A stretch of DNA of 64,000 nt from Nitrospiraceae bacterium (GTDB lineage Bacteria; Nitrospirota; Thermodesulfovibrionia; Thermodesulfovibrionales; UBA1546). Below the pieces are notes generated by a model, which was not told where the DNA came from, searched no databases, and saw only the letters and a list, made by a program, of their open reading frames with translations. The stretch is taken from assembly GCA_021373015.1 (NCBI GenBank), contig JAJFTJ010000014.1, forward strand, positions 136,323-200,322, written 5' to 3'. The position numbers and the translations under genes are program-made. Positions 1-10,333 of this stretch are shown here, piece by piece; within the stretch, counting starts at the first letter, position 1; every line of letters starts with the position of its first letter.

Positions 1-1281
1 CAGTTTAATCTGTTTTGGAAACAGCAGCTGATGAGAACTTAGATTAATTTTCTTCAAAAATTTTTCATACATTATTCTTTCATGCGCAGCATGATGATCA
101 ATCAGCGTCAACCCGCCTTTGCCTGACATTGCAACAAAAGTATCTCCAAGATAAACGAATGGAATAGAAGGCTTATATGCAAGCTCAAGATTTTCAGAAA
201 TCACCGGAGCAGTATTTATAAATGACTGTTTGGAATAATTTTGCTGGTGCCCGGGCCGAGACATCTCTTCAGTAAATTGCCTTGTGTATTCAACTCTTTT
301 TTCTTTTATTACATCCTTAATGCCTGCATTAATGAAATTGTAGACAGCTTCTTTGTTCTCGAACCGCACTTCTTTTTTTGTCGGGTGCACATTGAAGTCG
401 ACAATTTTTGGGTTGATATCAAGAAATATAAAAAATACAGGATGCTTGTCTTTAGGAAGAATACCTTCATATGCATTGTAAACAGCATGTGATATGGAAT
501 AGTCTTTTATTGGACGATCATTAACAAAAATAAACTGATGAGCCTTGCTGCTTCTGAAATTTTCAGTTTTTGAAATGAAGGCGCTCATGTTCAACGAATT
601 ATAGTTCAAATTCACTTCTACTAATCCGGCCATAAGCTCGTCACCGTAAATCTGCATTACTCTTTCTCTCAATCCAGATGCCTTTGACAGAACAATTGTT
701 TCCTGGTTATCTGTTACAAGGGTGAAACCAATCTCAGGATGAGAAAGGGCTTCTTTGGTTACAGTATCAATTATGTGGTAAAGTTCGGTTGTGTTAGTTT
801 TCAAGAATTTCTTTCTTGCAGGAGTATTGAAAAATAAATCTTTTATCTCAATTGACGTGCCAGAAGAAGGGGAATCTTTTTTGCTTTTTAATTCGCCGCC
901 ATGAAGTTCTATAGAAAAACCTGATACTGCTTCTTTTAATCCTGTAACAAGTTTTATTTTTGATACTGATGCTATTGAAGGAAGGGCTTCGCCTCGGAAT
1001 CCCATTGTTGTTATATTGAATAAATCAGACTCATCCCTGATCTTGCTTGTTGCATATTGTTCAAAGCATAAAACCGCATCGTCTTTATCCATGCCAATCC
1101 CATTATCAGAAACCTTAATCATCTTTTTCCCGCCGTGCAGGATCTCGATTCTTATGTCAGTGCTTTCTGCATCAATGGAATTTTCGATAAGTTCTTTTAC
1201 AACAGATGCAGGTCTTTCAATGACCTCGCCTGCGGCAATTTTATTTCTTAAATCAACAGAGAGAATCTTTATCTGAGGCAT
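1..1281 (-). CDS. mutL: DNA mismatch repair protein MutL (N-terminal 427 codons; 3' end runs off the window)
   Basis: The reverse-strand ORF is absent from the track because it has no stop in the window. From ATG at 1281 it reads MPQIKILSVDLRNKIAAGEVIERPASVVKELIENSIDAE...VSDNGIGM (GHKL ATPase motifs). At the window edge it reads HAAHERIMYEKFLKKINLSSHQLLFPKQIKL. The frame is open across all 1281 nt. Confidence 0.9.
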   Translation of the reverse strand, partial: MPQIKILSVDLRNKIAAGEVIERPASVVKELIENSIDAESTDIRIEILHGGKKMIKVSDNGIGMDKDDAVLCFEQYATSKIRDESDLFNITTMGFRGEALPSIASVSKIKLVTGLKEAVSGFSIELHGGELKSKKDSPSSGTSIEIKDLFFNTPARKKFLKTNTTELYHIIDTVTKEALSHPEIGFTLVTDNQETIVLSKASGLRERVMQIYGDELMAGLVEVNLNYNSLNMSAFISKTENFRSSKAHQFIFVNDRPIKDYSISHAVYNAYEGILPKDKHPVFFIFLDINPKIVDFNVHPTKKEVRFENKEAVYNFINAGIKDVIKEKRVEYTRQFTEEMSRPGHQQNYSKQSFINTAPVISENLELAYKPSIPFVYLGDTFVAMSGKGGLTLIDHHAAHERIMYEKFLKKINLSSHQLLFPKQIKL

Positions 1282-1375
1282 ATGACATTTTAATTGCTGG
1301 GATGAGATTTCGCAAGTGGCACATTTACTTGATATTGCACTTTTAGCATGATAGGATTATGAAATACAAAAACCA

Positions 1376-2305
1376 ATGGACAAGCCTTATCCTAAATTTA
1401 TACAGTTCTTTCCTACACTAAGATGCAATAGTAGCTGCAGTTTTTGCTTTAACAGAGGAATTGGAATCAATGAAGAAATCAATAAAGCGAATTATAAAAA
1501 AATAATTGATAAGTTAGCAGATGCTGGAATAAATGAAATAGATATTCTGGGCGGCGAGCCGACTCTTCATCCGGAAATAATACAATTAATCGATATCCCA
1601 ATCAAAAGAAACATGCATGTATTTCTAAGCTCTAACGGGTCTAATATCGATATATTAGAGTTGCTGCTGCAAAAATACAATAAAAATACCCTTACACTAG
1701 GTATCTCCGTTAACAGCAAAAAAATTTCTAATGAACTGCATAATTTTATTGTTAAAAACAAACCAATACTTAAAGGAATATGCACAGCTGAAAAAACAAT
1801 ACCTGATGCCGCTGTTGATTATGTGAAATCCGGGATTCCATATTTTATTTTATTTATGGATGCGATTACTAAAAAAGAGCTTAAAGAAACAATTCCATTT
1901 TATGAATTTTTACAAAAACTGAATACTTTGAAAGATAAATATAAAAATGTTGATGGTGTATACTGTTCAGGTTTTGTTTCAAAAGATAGGCATGAAACAA
2001 GATGCCCGGCAGGTACTGTAAAACTATCGGTGTTGCCTGATGGTTCGGTGTTTCCTTGCTATCTTCTAGCACGTAATGAAAAATTCAGATTTGGGAATAT
2101 ATTAGAGGACAGTTTTGACACGCTAATGAAAAACCCGTGCTTAGATTTTTTTAAAGGTATGAAAAAAAATTCTTGTCCAAAAAAGGAATGTAAAGTTTTT
2201 AATTCATGTAATGGAGGATGTCCTGCAATAAGCTTGTTAATTTATAATGATATTAATGCGCCAGACCCAAGGTGCAATTTAACCTATGAAAGTGTTTATG
2301 AATAG
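1376..2305 (+). CDS. radical SAM protein with C-terminal SPASM domain (peptide/protein-modifying maturase type)
   Basis: It has a CX3CX2C motif (RCNSSCSFC) near the N-terminus. The C-terminus has CPAGTVKLSVLPDGSVFPC followed by CPKKECKVFNSCNGGCPA, matching the SPASM auxiliary-cluster pattern. Confidence 0.85.
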   Translation: MDKPYPKFIQFFPTLRCNSSCSFCFNRGIGINEEINKANYKKIIDKLADAGINEIDILGGEPTLHPEIIQLIDIPIKRNMHVFLSSNGSNIDILELLLQKYNKNTLTLGISVNSKKISNELHNFIVKNKPILKGICTAEKTIPDAAVDYVKSGIPYFILFMDAITKKELKETIPFYEFLQKLNTLKDKYKNVDGVYCSGFVSKDRHETRCPAGTVKLSVLPDGSVFPCYLLARNEKFRFGNILEDSFDTLMKNPCLDFFKGMKKNSCPKKECKVFNSCNGGCPAISLLIYNDINAPDPRCNLTYESVYE

Positions 2306-2319
2306 CGGCTGTTTTTATG

Positions 2320-2350
2320 AGGCAGGCTGCTTAATGCAGCCTGCCTTTTA
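2320..2350 (+). terminator. rho-independent terminator after the rSAM/SPASM gene
   Basis: An 11-bp perfect stem (aggcaggctgc / gcagcctgcct) with loop ttaat is followed by tttta. Confidence 0.6.
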
Positions 2351-2363
2351 GCTGTCTTTTCTA

Positions 2364-2807
2364 TTATCTTGGAGGAGCTGCCTGAGGGTCGATCGTAAAC
2401 GAACAATGTGATTTTGTGATAAATCTTTTTTCTGTGAATATCCTGCCTTTGTATCTGACTTTTACAATATAGGGACCTAGGTCACCCTTAAAATTAGCAT
2501 CATGAATTTTAAAAGTGTTCATGCCATTATTAAATCTCTTGTTTGTTTCCCAGCCAACAAGACGGCCTTCATGGAATACACCAACGTCGAATCCATCCTG
2601 TGTTCCGCCGTTGTATCTAACTTTTATTACAAAATCTATCGGCTGTCCGGGCTTAAACCATACAGGTGTGGCCTCGAGATTGACGATATGAGTTGCAGCC
2701 ATAATCTCTTTTTCGGTAAGGGCCTGAGTTGAATCCGGCGTCATAATCAAAAAGGCTGAAACAGCAATGAAAAGACTTAGCATTAATATTTTTGCTGCTT
2801 GTTGCAT
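2364..2807 (-). CDS. secreted hypothetical protein
   Basis: ATG at 2807 lies 7 nt after a GGAGG. The N-terminus MQQAAKILMLSLFIAVSAFLIM looks like a signal peptide. I recognise no family motif. Confidence 0.6.
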   Translation of the reverse strand: MQQAAKILMLSLFIAVSAFLIMTPDSTQALTEKEIMAATHIVNLEATPVWFKPGQPIDFVIKVRYNGGTQDGFDVGVFHEGRLVGWETNKRFNNGMNTFKIHDANFKGDLGPYIVKVRYKGRIFTEKRFITKSHCSFTIDPQAAPPR

Positions 2808-3068
2808 TTTGATACCTCCAAAATCTAAAATTTTTCGATATTTTGTATAGCACTTATTCATTCAAAAAACAGTTAATTATACCACCACCTTTCATAAAAT
2901 CAGATTGTTACCAAATTTATACACCCTTTAGAATAAAATTACAATGCCAGAAATCAAGAAGAAAAAGGCACAAAATGAGACTTATAAAGCAAGGAACTAA
3001 AAACTTTTCACTCTCTGTGATGTATTAAATGTTAAAATATAAGACAAAATTTTAAAGAAGGAGACATT

Positions 3069-3152
3069 ATGAAAGGTGTAGGCAAACACTTCAATAAAGA
3101 TTTGAAGGTAAACAATATCGGAGATAACAGAATACAGGTTGTATTTCCATAA
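3069..3152 (+). CDS. candidate 27-aa micro-ORF (MKGVGKHFNKDLKVNNIGDNRIQVVFP)
   Basis: A strong SD (gaAGGAGacatt) lies just upstream of the ATG, in an otherwise empty 350-nt intergenic region. There is no homology evidence. Confidence 0.25.
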   Translation: MKGVGKHFNKDLKVNNIGDNRIQVVFP

Positions 3153-3209
3153 ACAAAAGACATAGATGTTTATTTTTTTAAAAAAATAAGGGGTAAGAAA
3201 CGAAAACTA

Positions 3210-4304
3210 ATGAATATAAAAGAACTAAAGATCGGAGACTTGATTGCAAGAACTCCTATAATACAGGGAGGGATGGGCGTTGGAATATCTCTGTCTGGAC
3301 TTGCATCTGCTGTTGCAAACGAAGGAGGAATAGGAGTTATTTCTGCTGCTGGCATTGGACTTTTTGAGCCTGACGGCCTTACAAACTATATAGACGCAAA
3401 TATCAGAGCCCTGAAAAAGGAAATCCAGAAGGCAAGAGAATTGACAAAGGGCATAATAGGCGTAAACATAATGGTGGCAACATCTAATTTTGTGACCATG
3501 GTGAAAACTGCTATTGAGGAAAAAATAGACATAATTTTTTCAGGAGCAGGTCTTCCGCTTAATCTCCCGCAATTCCTGAATGGAAGCAAAAGCACAAAAC
3601 TGGTTCCTATTATTTCTTCTGCAAGGGCTGCAAGAGTCATTATAAAAAAATGGCTGGATAAATATGACTATATGCCGGATGCATTTGTGGTTGAAGGGCC
3701 TATGGCAGGGGGACATCTGGGGTTTAAAGAAGAACAGCTCAAGGATCCTTCCTTCTCACTCGAAAAGATGCTTGAAGAGGTAATAAATGAAGTGAAAATA
3801 TTTGAAGAAAAATATAAAAAATCTATTCCTGTAATTTGTGCTGGAGGAATATATACAGGTGAAGATATTTATAAATTCGTCCAGATGGGCGCTTCAGGGG
3901 TTCAGATGGCAACGCGATTCGTTACAACATATGAATGTGATGCATCTCCGGAATTCAAACAGGCTTATTTTGACGCCAAAAAAGAAGATATTGTTATTAT
4001 CAAAAGTCCTGTTGGCATGCCGGGAAGGGCGATCAAGAACCAGTTTATAGATGATGTGAATAAGGGAGAGAAGAAACCATTTAAATGTCCTTATCACTGC
4101 ATTTTAACGTGTGATTACAATAACAGCCCTTACTGCATTGCGCGCGCTTTAATGAATGCACAAAAAGGAAATATGAAAAGCGGATTTGCTTTTGCAGGTG
4201 AGAATGCTTATAGGGCAGAGAGACTGCTTTCTGTTAAAGAATTGGTCAAATCCCTGCTGGAAGAATATGAGCAAACAGCTAATAAAAATAAAAGTAACAG
4301 CTAA
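3210..4304 (+). CDS. nitronate monooxygenase / FabK-like FMN oxidoreductase family protein
   Basis: The N-terminal IIQGGMGVGISLSGLASAVANEGGIGVISAAG and later AGGIYTGEDI ... GASGVQMATRF are typical of the NMO (2-nitropropane dioxygenase) TIM-barrel family. Confidence 0.85.
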   Translation: MNIKELKIGDLIARTPIIQGGMGVGISLSGLASAVANEGGIGVISAAGIGLFEPDGLTNYIDANIRALKKEIQKARELTKGIIGVNIMVATSNFVTMVKTAIEEKIDIIFSGAGLPLNLPQFLNGSKSTKLVPIISSARAARVIIKKWLDKYDYMPDAFVVEGPMAGGHLGFKEEQLKDPSFSLEKMLEEVINEVKIFEEKYKKSIPVICAGGIYTGEDIYKFVQMGASGVQMATRFVTTYECDASPEFKQAYFDAKKEDIVIIKSPVGMPGRAIKNQFIDDVNKGEKKPFKCPYHCILTCDYNNSPYCIARALMNAQKGNMKSGFAFAGENAYRAERLLSVKELVKSLLEEYEQTANKNKSNS

Positions 4305-4491
4305 TTCAAAAAAAAATCAGATTGTTGAAAATGAAGAGTTGTTTAAGGTCTATGTTACTGCGCCGGCAGTAGACGGCAAGGCAAATAAGGCAGTAATAGC
4401 GATTCTTGCAGAGCATTTTAATAAAAGAAAAAGCCGCATAAAAATTCTCAGGGGCGAAAAGGCAAGAGAAAAGATTATAGAGATTGGCTAG
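4267..4491 (+). CDS. DUF167 (YggU) family protein
   Basis: From the internal ATG it reads MSKQLIKIKVTANSKKNQI...VYVTAPAVDGKANKAVIAILAEHFNKRKSRIKILRGEKAREKIIEI, matching the DUF167 pattern (GKAN ... G.kSR.K). The longer tracked ORF overlaps the NMO gene and was trimmed. Confidence 0.7.
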   Translation: MSKQLIKIKVTANSKKNQIVENEELFKVYVTAPAVDGKANKAVIAILAEHFNKRKSRIKILRGEKAREKIIEIG

Positions 4492-5272
4492 CTAATAATT
4501 TTAATGCTTTCTTGTGAAGCTCTTCATTTCCGGAAACAAGCAATGATGCAGTTTTCTTTATGCTTATCTCCTTGTTTTCGATTGAATTACCACTTATATC
4601 AGTGAATACTCCGCCTGCTTCTTTTACCAGAAGCCAACCTCCTCCGAAATCAAAGCTTCTTGATAATGCCGGGGTTGCAAAGATGCTTATTGAGCCCTTT
4701 GCAAGATACGCAAGGTCTAAGGCTGTTGCACCAAAACATCTGACTTTCATTGATTCAGCTAATAAAGGCATTATCTTAGGAATATCCCGCTTTGGAAGCT
4801 CTGATTCATAAGCAGTAAAATAAAAAATATTATTTTTTTGAGTGTAGATTCGCTTGTTGTTAAAAAATGCACCGCTGCCTTTATTTGACCAGAACTCATC
4901 GCCATTTGAGAGATTAATAATATAAGCAGTTTCTATATTTCCGATTGTATTGCCGTCAGCAATTGCGATTGACGCACAGTAAAATGGAAGACCGTTTACC
5001 GCATTCTTGCTTCCGTCAATAGGGTCTATCAGAACTTTTCTGCCGCCTCCATTTATATTCATCATTCCTGCTTCCTCTGAGACAATTGTGAAAGGCTCTC
5101 CTGATTTCTCGAATGCAGAGATGATTATTTCTTCAGCTTTTTTATCAACAGGAAATGTCTTGTCTCCAGCAGCGCCAATACCAAGAGGGATCTGAGGCTC
5201 ATCGAGATTTTTAAAAAGAGATATCTCTTTCAAAAGTTCTTTGCCGGTATTTTGTAATAACTTTAAATCCAT
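4475..5272 (-). CDS. inositol monophosphatase / FBPase family protein
   Basis: It has the SEEAG and DPIDGSKNA metal-binding motifs plus the C-terminal GGGW-type motif of the IMPase fold. Confidence 0.85.
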   Translation of the reverse strand: MDLKLLQNTGKELLKEISLFKNLDEPQIPLGIGAAGDKTFPVDKKAEEIIISAFEKSGEPFTIVSEEAGMMNINGGGRKVLIDPIDGSKNAVNGLPFYCASIAIADGNTIGNIETAYIINLSNGDEFWSNKGSGAFFNNKRIYTQKNNIFYFTAYESELPKRDIPKIMPLLAESMKVRCFGATALDLAYLAKGSISIFATPALSRSFDFGGGWLLVKEAGGVFTDISGNSIENKEISIKKTASLLVSGNEELHKKALKLLASQSL

Positions 5273-5297
5273 TTGAATATTTAGTGAAAAGAAATTA

Positions 5298-6245
5298 TTA
5301 AGATTTTTTACGTATTGCTGAGAGAATATTTTCCTTTAAAGTTTTCAAATCTGCGCGTATTCTGAAACCCGCAGCATTCTTATGACCGCCCCCATTAAAA
5401 ATCTCTGCCACCTTTGCAACGTTAATGCTTCTGTTTTTTGAACGGAGGCTGACCTTGAAGTAATCTTTTTCAAGCTCTCTTATTAAGACTGAGATATTAA
5501 TATGCTTCATCATCTGCGTAAAGTTAGGAAAATTTTCCGTGTCTGCTGGATCAGCGCCAATGCCTTTGAACATTGCATCAGTGACTGTTGTGATTGCAAC
5601 ATCATCATAAATCTCAACAGTGTTCAAGGTATTGAGAAGTAATCTGAATCTGTTCTCAGACCAGCTCTGGTAGAGATTCTCCGAAACAAATGCAGGGTCA
5701 ACGCCGATTTCTATAAGCTCTGCGCCTATTCTCAGAACCTCAGGAGTTGTATTGCTGTATCTGAAAGTCCCTGTGTCAATAGAGATTGCAGCATAGAGAT
5801 TGGTAGCGATCTCTTTTGTTATGTTTATGCCTAATTCTTTAATTACATGATATATCATTGCGCCTGTTGCAGGGGCATTGGGTTCTATCCATCTGACATC
5901 ACCAAAGCCGTTCTCTGTTTCATGATGATCAATAACTGCTGAAATAGAAAAGTTTAAATCACTAAGTCCTGCTCTTTCAGGTTTATTGCAATCAACAAGA
6001 ACAAGCGGAGCAGAAGGATTAATGTCTGGCAGAGAGGAAACGAAATTTTCATATCCAGGGAGAAATCTGCATGCAGGAGGTACAGGATCCTTATCGTATA
6101 TAATTGTTTTTTTCCCGAGAGATTCAATGGCCATTGAGAGTGCAAGTGATGAGCCAATAGCATCTGCTTCAGGACTTATGTGAGTTGCTATTAGGAAATG
6201 AGTTTCCTTTTTCAGAAAAGTTATAAGTTGTTTTGGTACTTTCAA
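5298..6245 (-). CDS. nrnA: DHH/DHHA1 phosphoesterase (NrnA-type nanoRNase/pAp phosphatase)
   Basis: It has DHH-family motifs (HISPEADAIGS, VDCN, IDHH) and a C-terminal GGGHKNAAG. It sits directly downstream of rbfA. Confidence 0.8.
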   Translation of the reverse strand: MKVPKQLITFLKKETHFLIATHISPEADAIGSSLALSMAIESLGKKTIIYDKDPVPPACRFLPGYENFVSSLPDINPSAPLVLVDCNKPERAGLSDLNFSISAVIDHHETENGFGDVRWIEPNAPATGAMIYHVIKELGINITKEIATNLYAAISIDTGTFRYSNTTPEVLRIGAELIEIGVDPAFVSENLYQSWSENRFRLLLNTLNTVEIYDDVAITTVTDAMFKGIGADPADTENFPNFTQMMKHINISVLIRELEKDYFKVSLRSKNRSINVAKVAEIFNGGGHKNAAGFRIRADLKTLKENILSAIRKKS

Positions 6246-6589
6246 TTTTTGTCTCGAATATCTTTTAATAATTTTTCTATTTTGCTTCCGTATTCAATTG
6301 ATGCATCAATCCTGAATGAGATGCTGGGAATGAATTTCATCTTCAGGCGTTTTGATAATTCAGAGCGTATAAATCCTTTAGCAGTATTTAACACGTCAAA
6401 AGTTATTTTTTTTTCTTCTTCTTTCAGAATGCTTATGAATATTTTTGCATGCTTGAGGTCGTCGGTTATCTCTGCGCCTGTAACAGTGATGAATCCGATG
6501 CGAGGATCCTTTACCTTGTTCATTATTATGTCAGCAATCTCTTCTCTTATCAGGTCGCCGACTCTCTGTGAGCGTTTATATGGGAGCAT
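6242..6589 (-). CDS. rbfA: ribosome-binding factor A
   Basis: It reads RSQRVGDLIREEIADII...DPRIGFITVTGAEITDDLKHAKIF and lies downstream of infB. Confidence 0.9.
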   Translation of the reverse strand: MLPYKRSQRVGDLIREEIADIIMNKVKDPRIGFITVTGAEITDDLKHAKIFISILKEEEKKITFDVLNTAKGFIRSELSKRLKMKFIPSISFRIDASIEYGSKIEKLLKDIRDKN

Positions 6590-6650
6590 AGGTTTAAGTT
6601 AAGACTTACAGTTAAAAGCAGAAAAGCTCAATATGCCTTTAACTTTTTAT

Positions 6651-9164
6651 TTACAGTTTCGCTGCTATTTTCTCTATTATAAAGTTTTCGAGTATGTCGC
6701 CAGCCTTAAGGTCATTGTAATTCTCGATCATTATTCCGCATTCATATCCTGTTTGAACTGATTTTACGTCTTCCTTGAATCTCTTAAGCGATGAGATCTT
6801 GCCTGTGTAAACTACAATATTGTCTCTAATTATTCTTATCCCGTCGCTTACACGGTTGATAGTTCCGTCAATAACATGGCAGCCTGCAATAGTTCCGAGT
6901 CTCGATACCTGATATGTTTGTCTGACCTCTGCTCTTCCAAGAATCTTTTCTTTTAATGTAGGTTCAAGCAGTCCTTCAAGCGCCTTTCTGACATCCTCTA
7001 TTGCTTCGTAGATTATGTTATAAAGCCTTATATCAACGCCTTCTCTTTCTGCGAGCTGTGAGGCCTTTAATTCAGGTCTTACATTAAAACCGATGATGAT
7101 CGCATTTGATGCAGCAGCAAGTATGATATCGGATTCATTTATACCGCCTACAGTTGAATGAATAACTCTTACTTTTACCTGCGGATGTATAATATTTTCA
7201 AATGCTTCTCTTATTGCCTCAACAGAACCCTGAACATCAGCTTTGAGTATCAGGTTTAATTCTTTTATTTCGCCTTCTTTTATCTTTGCATAAAGCTCAT
7301 CTAGTGTGAGTTTCCTTCCTTTTGCTAGTTCTGCCTGTCTTTCTTTATGTAACCTTGTGAGAGCGATCTGTCTAGCCCATTTCTCATCCTCAACAGCATT
7401 GAATACCTCGCCTGCGGTTGGGACAGACGGGAATCCTATTACCTCGATAGGCGTTGATGGTCCGGCTTCATTTATGCGCTTGCCAGTGTCATCAATAAGC
7501 GCTCTGACTTTTCCAACGCTTTTTCCAGCAAGAAATGCATCTCCAACATGCAAAGTTCCTGCCTGAATAAGCACAGTTGCCACAGGGCCCCTGCCTTTGT
7601 CTAGCTTTGCTTCTATGATTGTGCCTTTTGCCAATTTATCAGGATTTGCCTTGAGTTCTATAACCTCTGCCTGAAGAAGTATCATCTCGAGAAGGTGCTC
7701 AATTCCCAGTCTCTGTTTGGCAGAGACCTCGGCGAAAATATTCTGGCCGCCCCAATCTTCGGAAAGAATTCCCTGTTCTGCGAGCTCTGTTTTTACTTTC
7801 TGCAGATTGGCCTCAGGCTTATCGATCTTGTTTATGGCGACTATGATAGGGACATTTGCTGCTTTTGCATGATTGATCGCCTCGACTGTTTGCGGCATAA
7901 CACCGTCATCAGCAGCAACAACAAGGATAACAATGTCTGTTACCTTTGCGCCGCGCGCCCTTAAAGCAGTAAATGCCTCATGGCCGGGAGTATCCAGAAA
8001 CACTATATCCTTATTTTTTATGGTAATTTTATATGCGCCAATATGTTGTGTAATACCGCCTGCTTCTGTCTCCGTAACCTTGGTCTCTCTGATTACGTCA
8101 AGCAGAGATGTCTTGCCATGGTCAACATGACCCATGATTGTTACAACGGGAGGTCTTGGTTTGAGCTTTGTTACATCCTCTTCCTGAACCTCTTGGATCA
8201 GCTCATCATCTGCACGGGCTATCTCGAGTTTCACGCCAAAACCTTCTGCAACAAGCAATGCAGCATCAACATCAATAGGCTGGTTAATCGTAGCCATGAA
8301 ACCAATATCCATTAATTTTCTTATAACATCAGAGGACTTCACGCTGATAAGCTCTGCGAAATCTTTTACTGTTGTGCCCTCTCGGAGCTTCAGGGTTTTT
8401 TTCCTCTGTATTACCTGCTGCAGCAGCTGCGGCTTCAGTTCTTCCTTGGAGTATGGTTTGGATCTTAATTGTCTTTTAAAGGTTTTGGGTTCAACCCATT
8501 TCTTGGTTTCTATTTTTCTTATTGCCTGGAATGCCCTCTGCATCTGAGGTTTTCCTTTTAGTTTCTCAACCTTTTCTGTTTCTATCTCTTTCATGAATCT
8601 GTCAGGAACCTTGAGTTCAATAACTTCTTCCGGCAAAGGGGCAGCTCCCTCTTCTATTATTTTTTTGATTATCTCAGGCTGTTCTTCGATTCTTGCAGTT
8701 TCTGATTTCTTTTCAGCAGGGCTTGTTTTTTTAGGCATTTCTGTTTTTTTCTTGCCAGTTTTTTGAACTGTATGTGCAACGATTTGTGAAGGGACAGTTA
8801 CAGCAGGAGCAGATTTAATTTCTACTGCTTTTTTCTCGGGCTTTGAAAGCTTTATCCTAGACGTTTTTTTCTCGTCAGGCTCTACTTCCTTTTTTTTCCC
8901 CTCTGTTTTTTTCTTTTCAGCGGGTTTTTTCTTTTCTATTTTTTCTGTTTGCTCAGTTTTTGCAGCAGTTTTTTTTGCAGTTGCTTTAGACGGAGCTGAA
9001 GCAGGTTTTTTCTTTAGCTGCTTTTCTATTTTTTCAGCGATCTCAGACTCAACTGAGGCAGCAGCTGATTTTACAGTTATTCCAAGCGCTGAGAGTGCGC
9101 TTATTATTTCTTTGGAGCCGACTTCAAGCTTCTTGGCAAGCTCGCTGACTTTAATTTTAGACAT
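6651..9164 (-). CDS. infB: translation initiation factor IF-2
   Basis: The GTPase motifs are [17 protein letters not shown] and NKID, with a Lys/Glu/Pro-rich N-terminal region. I placed the start at ATG 9164 ([13 protein letters not shown]) rather than the tracked TTG at 9176. Confidence 0.95.
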   Translation of the reverse strand: MSKIKVSELAKKLEVGSKEIISALSALGITVKSAAASVESEIAEKIEKQLKKKPASAPSKATAKKTAAKTEQTEKIEKKKPAEKKKTEGKKKEVEPDEKKTSRIKLSKPEKKAVEIKSAPAVTVPSQIVAHTVQKTGKKKTEMPKKTSPAEKKSETARIEEQPEIIKKIIEEGAAPLPEEVIELKVPDRFMKEIETEKVEKLKGKPQMQRAFQAIRKIETKKWVEPKTFKRQLRSKPYSKEELKPQLLQQVIQRKKTLKLREGTTVKDFAELISVKSSDVIRKLMDIGFMATINQPIDVDAALLVAEGFGVKLEIARADDELIQEVQEEDVTKLKPRPPVVTIMGHVDHGKTSLLDVIRETKVTETEAGGITQHIGAYKITIKNKDIVFLDTPGHEAFTALRARGAKVTDIVILVVAADDGVMPQTVEAINHAKAANVPIIVAINKIDKPEANLQKVKTELAEQGILSEDWGGQNIFAEVSAKQRLGIEHLLEMILLQAEVIELKANPDKLAKGTIIEAKLDKGRGPVATVLIQAGTLHVGDAFLAGKSVGKVRALIDDTGKRINEAGPSTPIEVIGFPSVPTAGEVFNAVEDEKWARQIALTRLHKERQAELAKGRKLTLDELYAKIKEGEIKELNLILKADVQGSVEAIREAFENIIHPQVKVRVIHSTVGGINESDIILAAASNAIIIGFNVRPELKASQLAEREGVDIRLYNIIYEAIEDVRKALEGLLEPTLKEKILGRAEVRQTYQVSRLGTIAGCHVIDGTINRVSDGIRIIRDNIVVYTGKISSLKRFKEDVKSVQTGYECGIMIENYNDLKAGDILENFIIEKIAAKL

Positions 9165-9284
9165 AATTAATAACAACCCTTTCTATATTATAAACCCTTG
9201 TAACATCAATCCCAAAATGTTATCATAAAAAACCTTGATAAAGCAATTTTAATAAATAAGCTGTTCAGGAAGGAGGAAACATTA

Positions 9285-9473
9285 ATGGCACACTGTGTTG
9301 TATGCGGAAAAAAGAGATCAACTGGCAATAATGTAAGCCATGCAAATAATAGAACAAAGAAACAAATAATGCCAAATCTTCAGCGCACAAAAATAACTGT
9401 TAGTGGAGCTACAAAAAGGGCGTATGTCTGCACGAGATGTCTGCGTTCAGGCAAGGTTAAAAAGGCTGTTTAG
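9285..9473 (+). CDS. rpmB: 50S ribosomal protein L28
   Basis: It reads [26 protein letters not shown]...PNLQ. Confidence 0.9.
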   Translation: MAHCVVCGKKRSTGNNVSHANNRTKKQIMPNLQRTKITVSGATKRAYVCTRCLRSGKVKKAV

Positions 9474-9910
9474 TGAGACGGGCGGATTTTCTTCTAGCCC
9501 CTATTTTAAGAAATATTGGCATCAGCGAAGATGTCCATCTTTTAAAGATAAAAATGGAATGGTCTGAGATATTTGAAAAGCCTTTGTCTTTTCATACATC
9601 GCCGGCAGCACTGAAAGAAAGCGAGCTTCTTATAAATGTTGATTCAGCTGTCTGGATGCAGGAACTCAGTTTTTACAAAGAGACGATAGTCAAGAAGCTG
9701 AATAGATTTGGGATAAAGTCTGTGCGGTTAAAAATTGGCAGGGTCTTTCCATACAAGAAACAGAGCGGCCCGAAACCTGAGATGCGCAGGATGACAATAG
9801 ACGACAAAGCATTTATTGAAAACACTGTTTCAGTGATTCCAGAAGAAGATTTAAAAGTACAAATAAAAAAAGCAATAGAAAAGTCTCTAACATTTAAGAG
9901 GTCTGCGTAG
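9473..9910 (+). CDS. DUF721 / DciA-like protein
   Basis: The pattern W..IF.KPLSFHTSP..L.E..LLINVDSAVWMQELSFYKETIVKKLN matches the DUF721 core as I remember it. It has a GTG start overlapping the rpmB stop. Confidence 0.6.
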   Translation: MRRADFLLAPILRNIGISEDVHLLKIKMEWSEIFEKPLSFHTSPAALKESELLINVDSAVWMQELSFYKETIVKKLNRFGIKSVRLKIGRVFPYKKQSGPKPEMRRMTIDDKAFIENTVSVIPEEDLKVQIKKAIEKSLTFKRSA

Positions 9911-9913
9911 ATT

Positions 9914-10330
9914 ATGAAAAAAATATTTCTTACAATCATTGCTTTGACCATGCTTACAGCCTGCGGTTCAGAAGTTAAAAAAGTCACGGAAGAATCAGAG
10001 ACTGCAAAAGAAGTCTTTGCTGTTGCAGAGACGATAAAAGATGCTTACCTTAAAAGAGATCTCTCTACTATAGAGAAGAATGCAACAAAAGAAGGCTACA
10101 GAGAAATACTCGGCGCAATAAAACATTTTGACACAGCAGAGCTGACTTTTGAGAACAAATGGGTTGATATAGATAAATCCTCAGTCACACTCAGAGTAGC
10201 ATGGAGCGGAAAGTGGACTCTCAGGAAGCAGGAAATAGAAGAGCGCGGAACAGCAATTTTTATATTTGAACCGGGTTCATTAAAGCTTCGCAAGATCCTC
10301 AGGGTTAATCCATTCAGACAGCCGGAATAA
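9914..10330 (+). CDS. lipoprotein, function unknown
   Basis: It has a signal peptide with a lipobox (ALTMLTAC). Confidence 0.6.
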   Translation: MKKIFLTIIALTMLTACGSEVKKVTEESETAKEVFAVAETIKDAYLKRDLSTIEKNATKEGYREILGAIKHFDTAELTFENKWVDIDKSSVTLRVAWSGKWTLRKQEIEERGTAIFIFEPGSLKLRKILRVNPFRQPE

Positions 10331-10333
10331 AAA

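Noticed and set aside
1282-1375. Short ORFs (for example the 14-aa MRFRKWHIYLILHF) as a possible precursor peptide for the rSAM/SPASM enzyme
   Set aside because: It has no RBS and is very short, with no Cys, Ser or Thr for a plausible core peptide. The region more likely holds the divergent mutL and rSAM promoters.
8560-9100. Repetitive Lys/Glu/Pro/Ala-rich coding DNA that looks like a tandem repeat
   Set aside because: It is the low-complexity N-terminal region normally present in IF-2, not a distinct repeat element.
9177-9284. Absence of nusA upstream of infB (infB is preceded by a divergent rpmB)
   Set aside because: This is a gene-order difference only. Nothing in the sequence suggests a rearrangement scar or mobile element.
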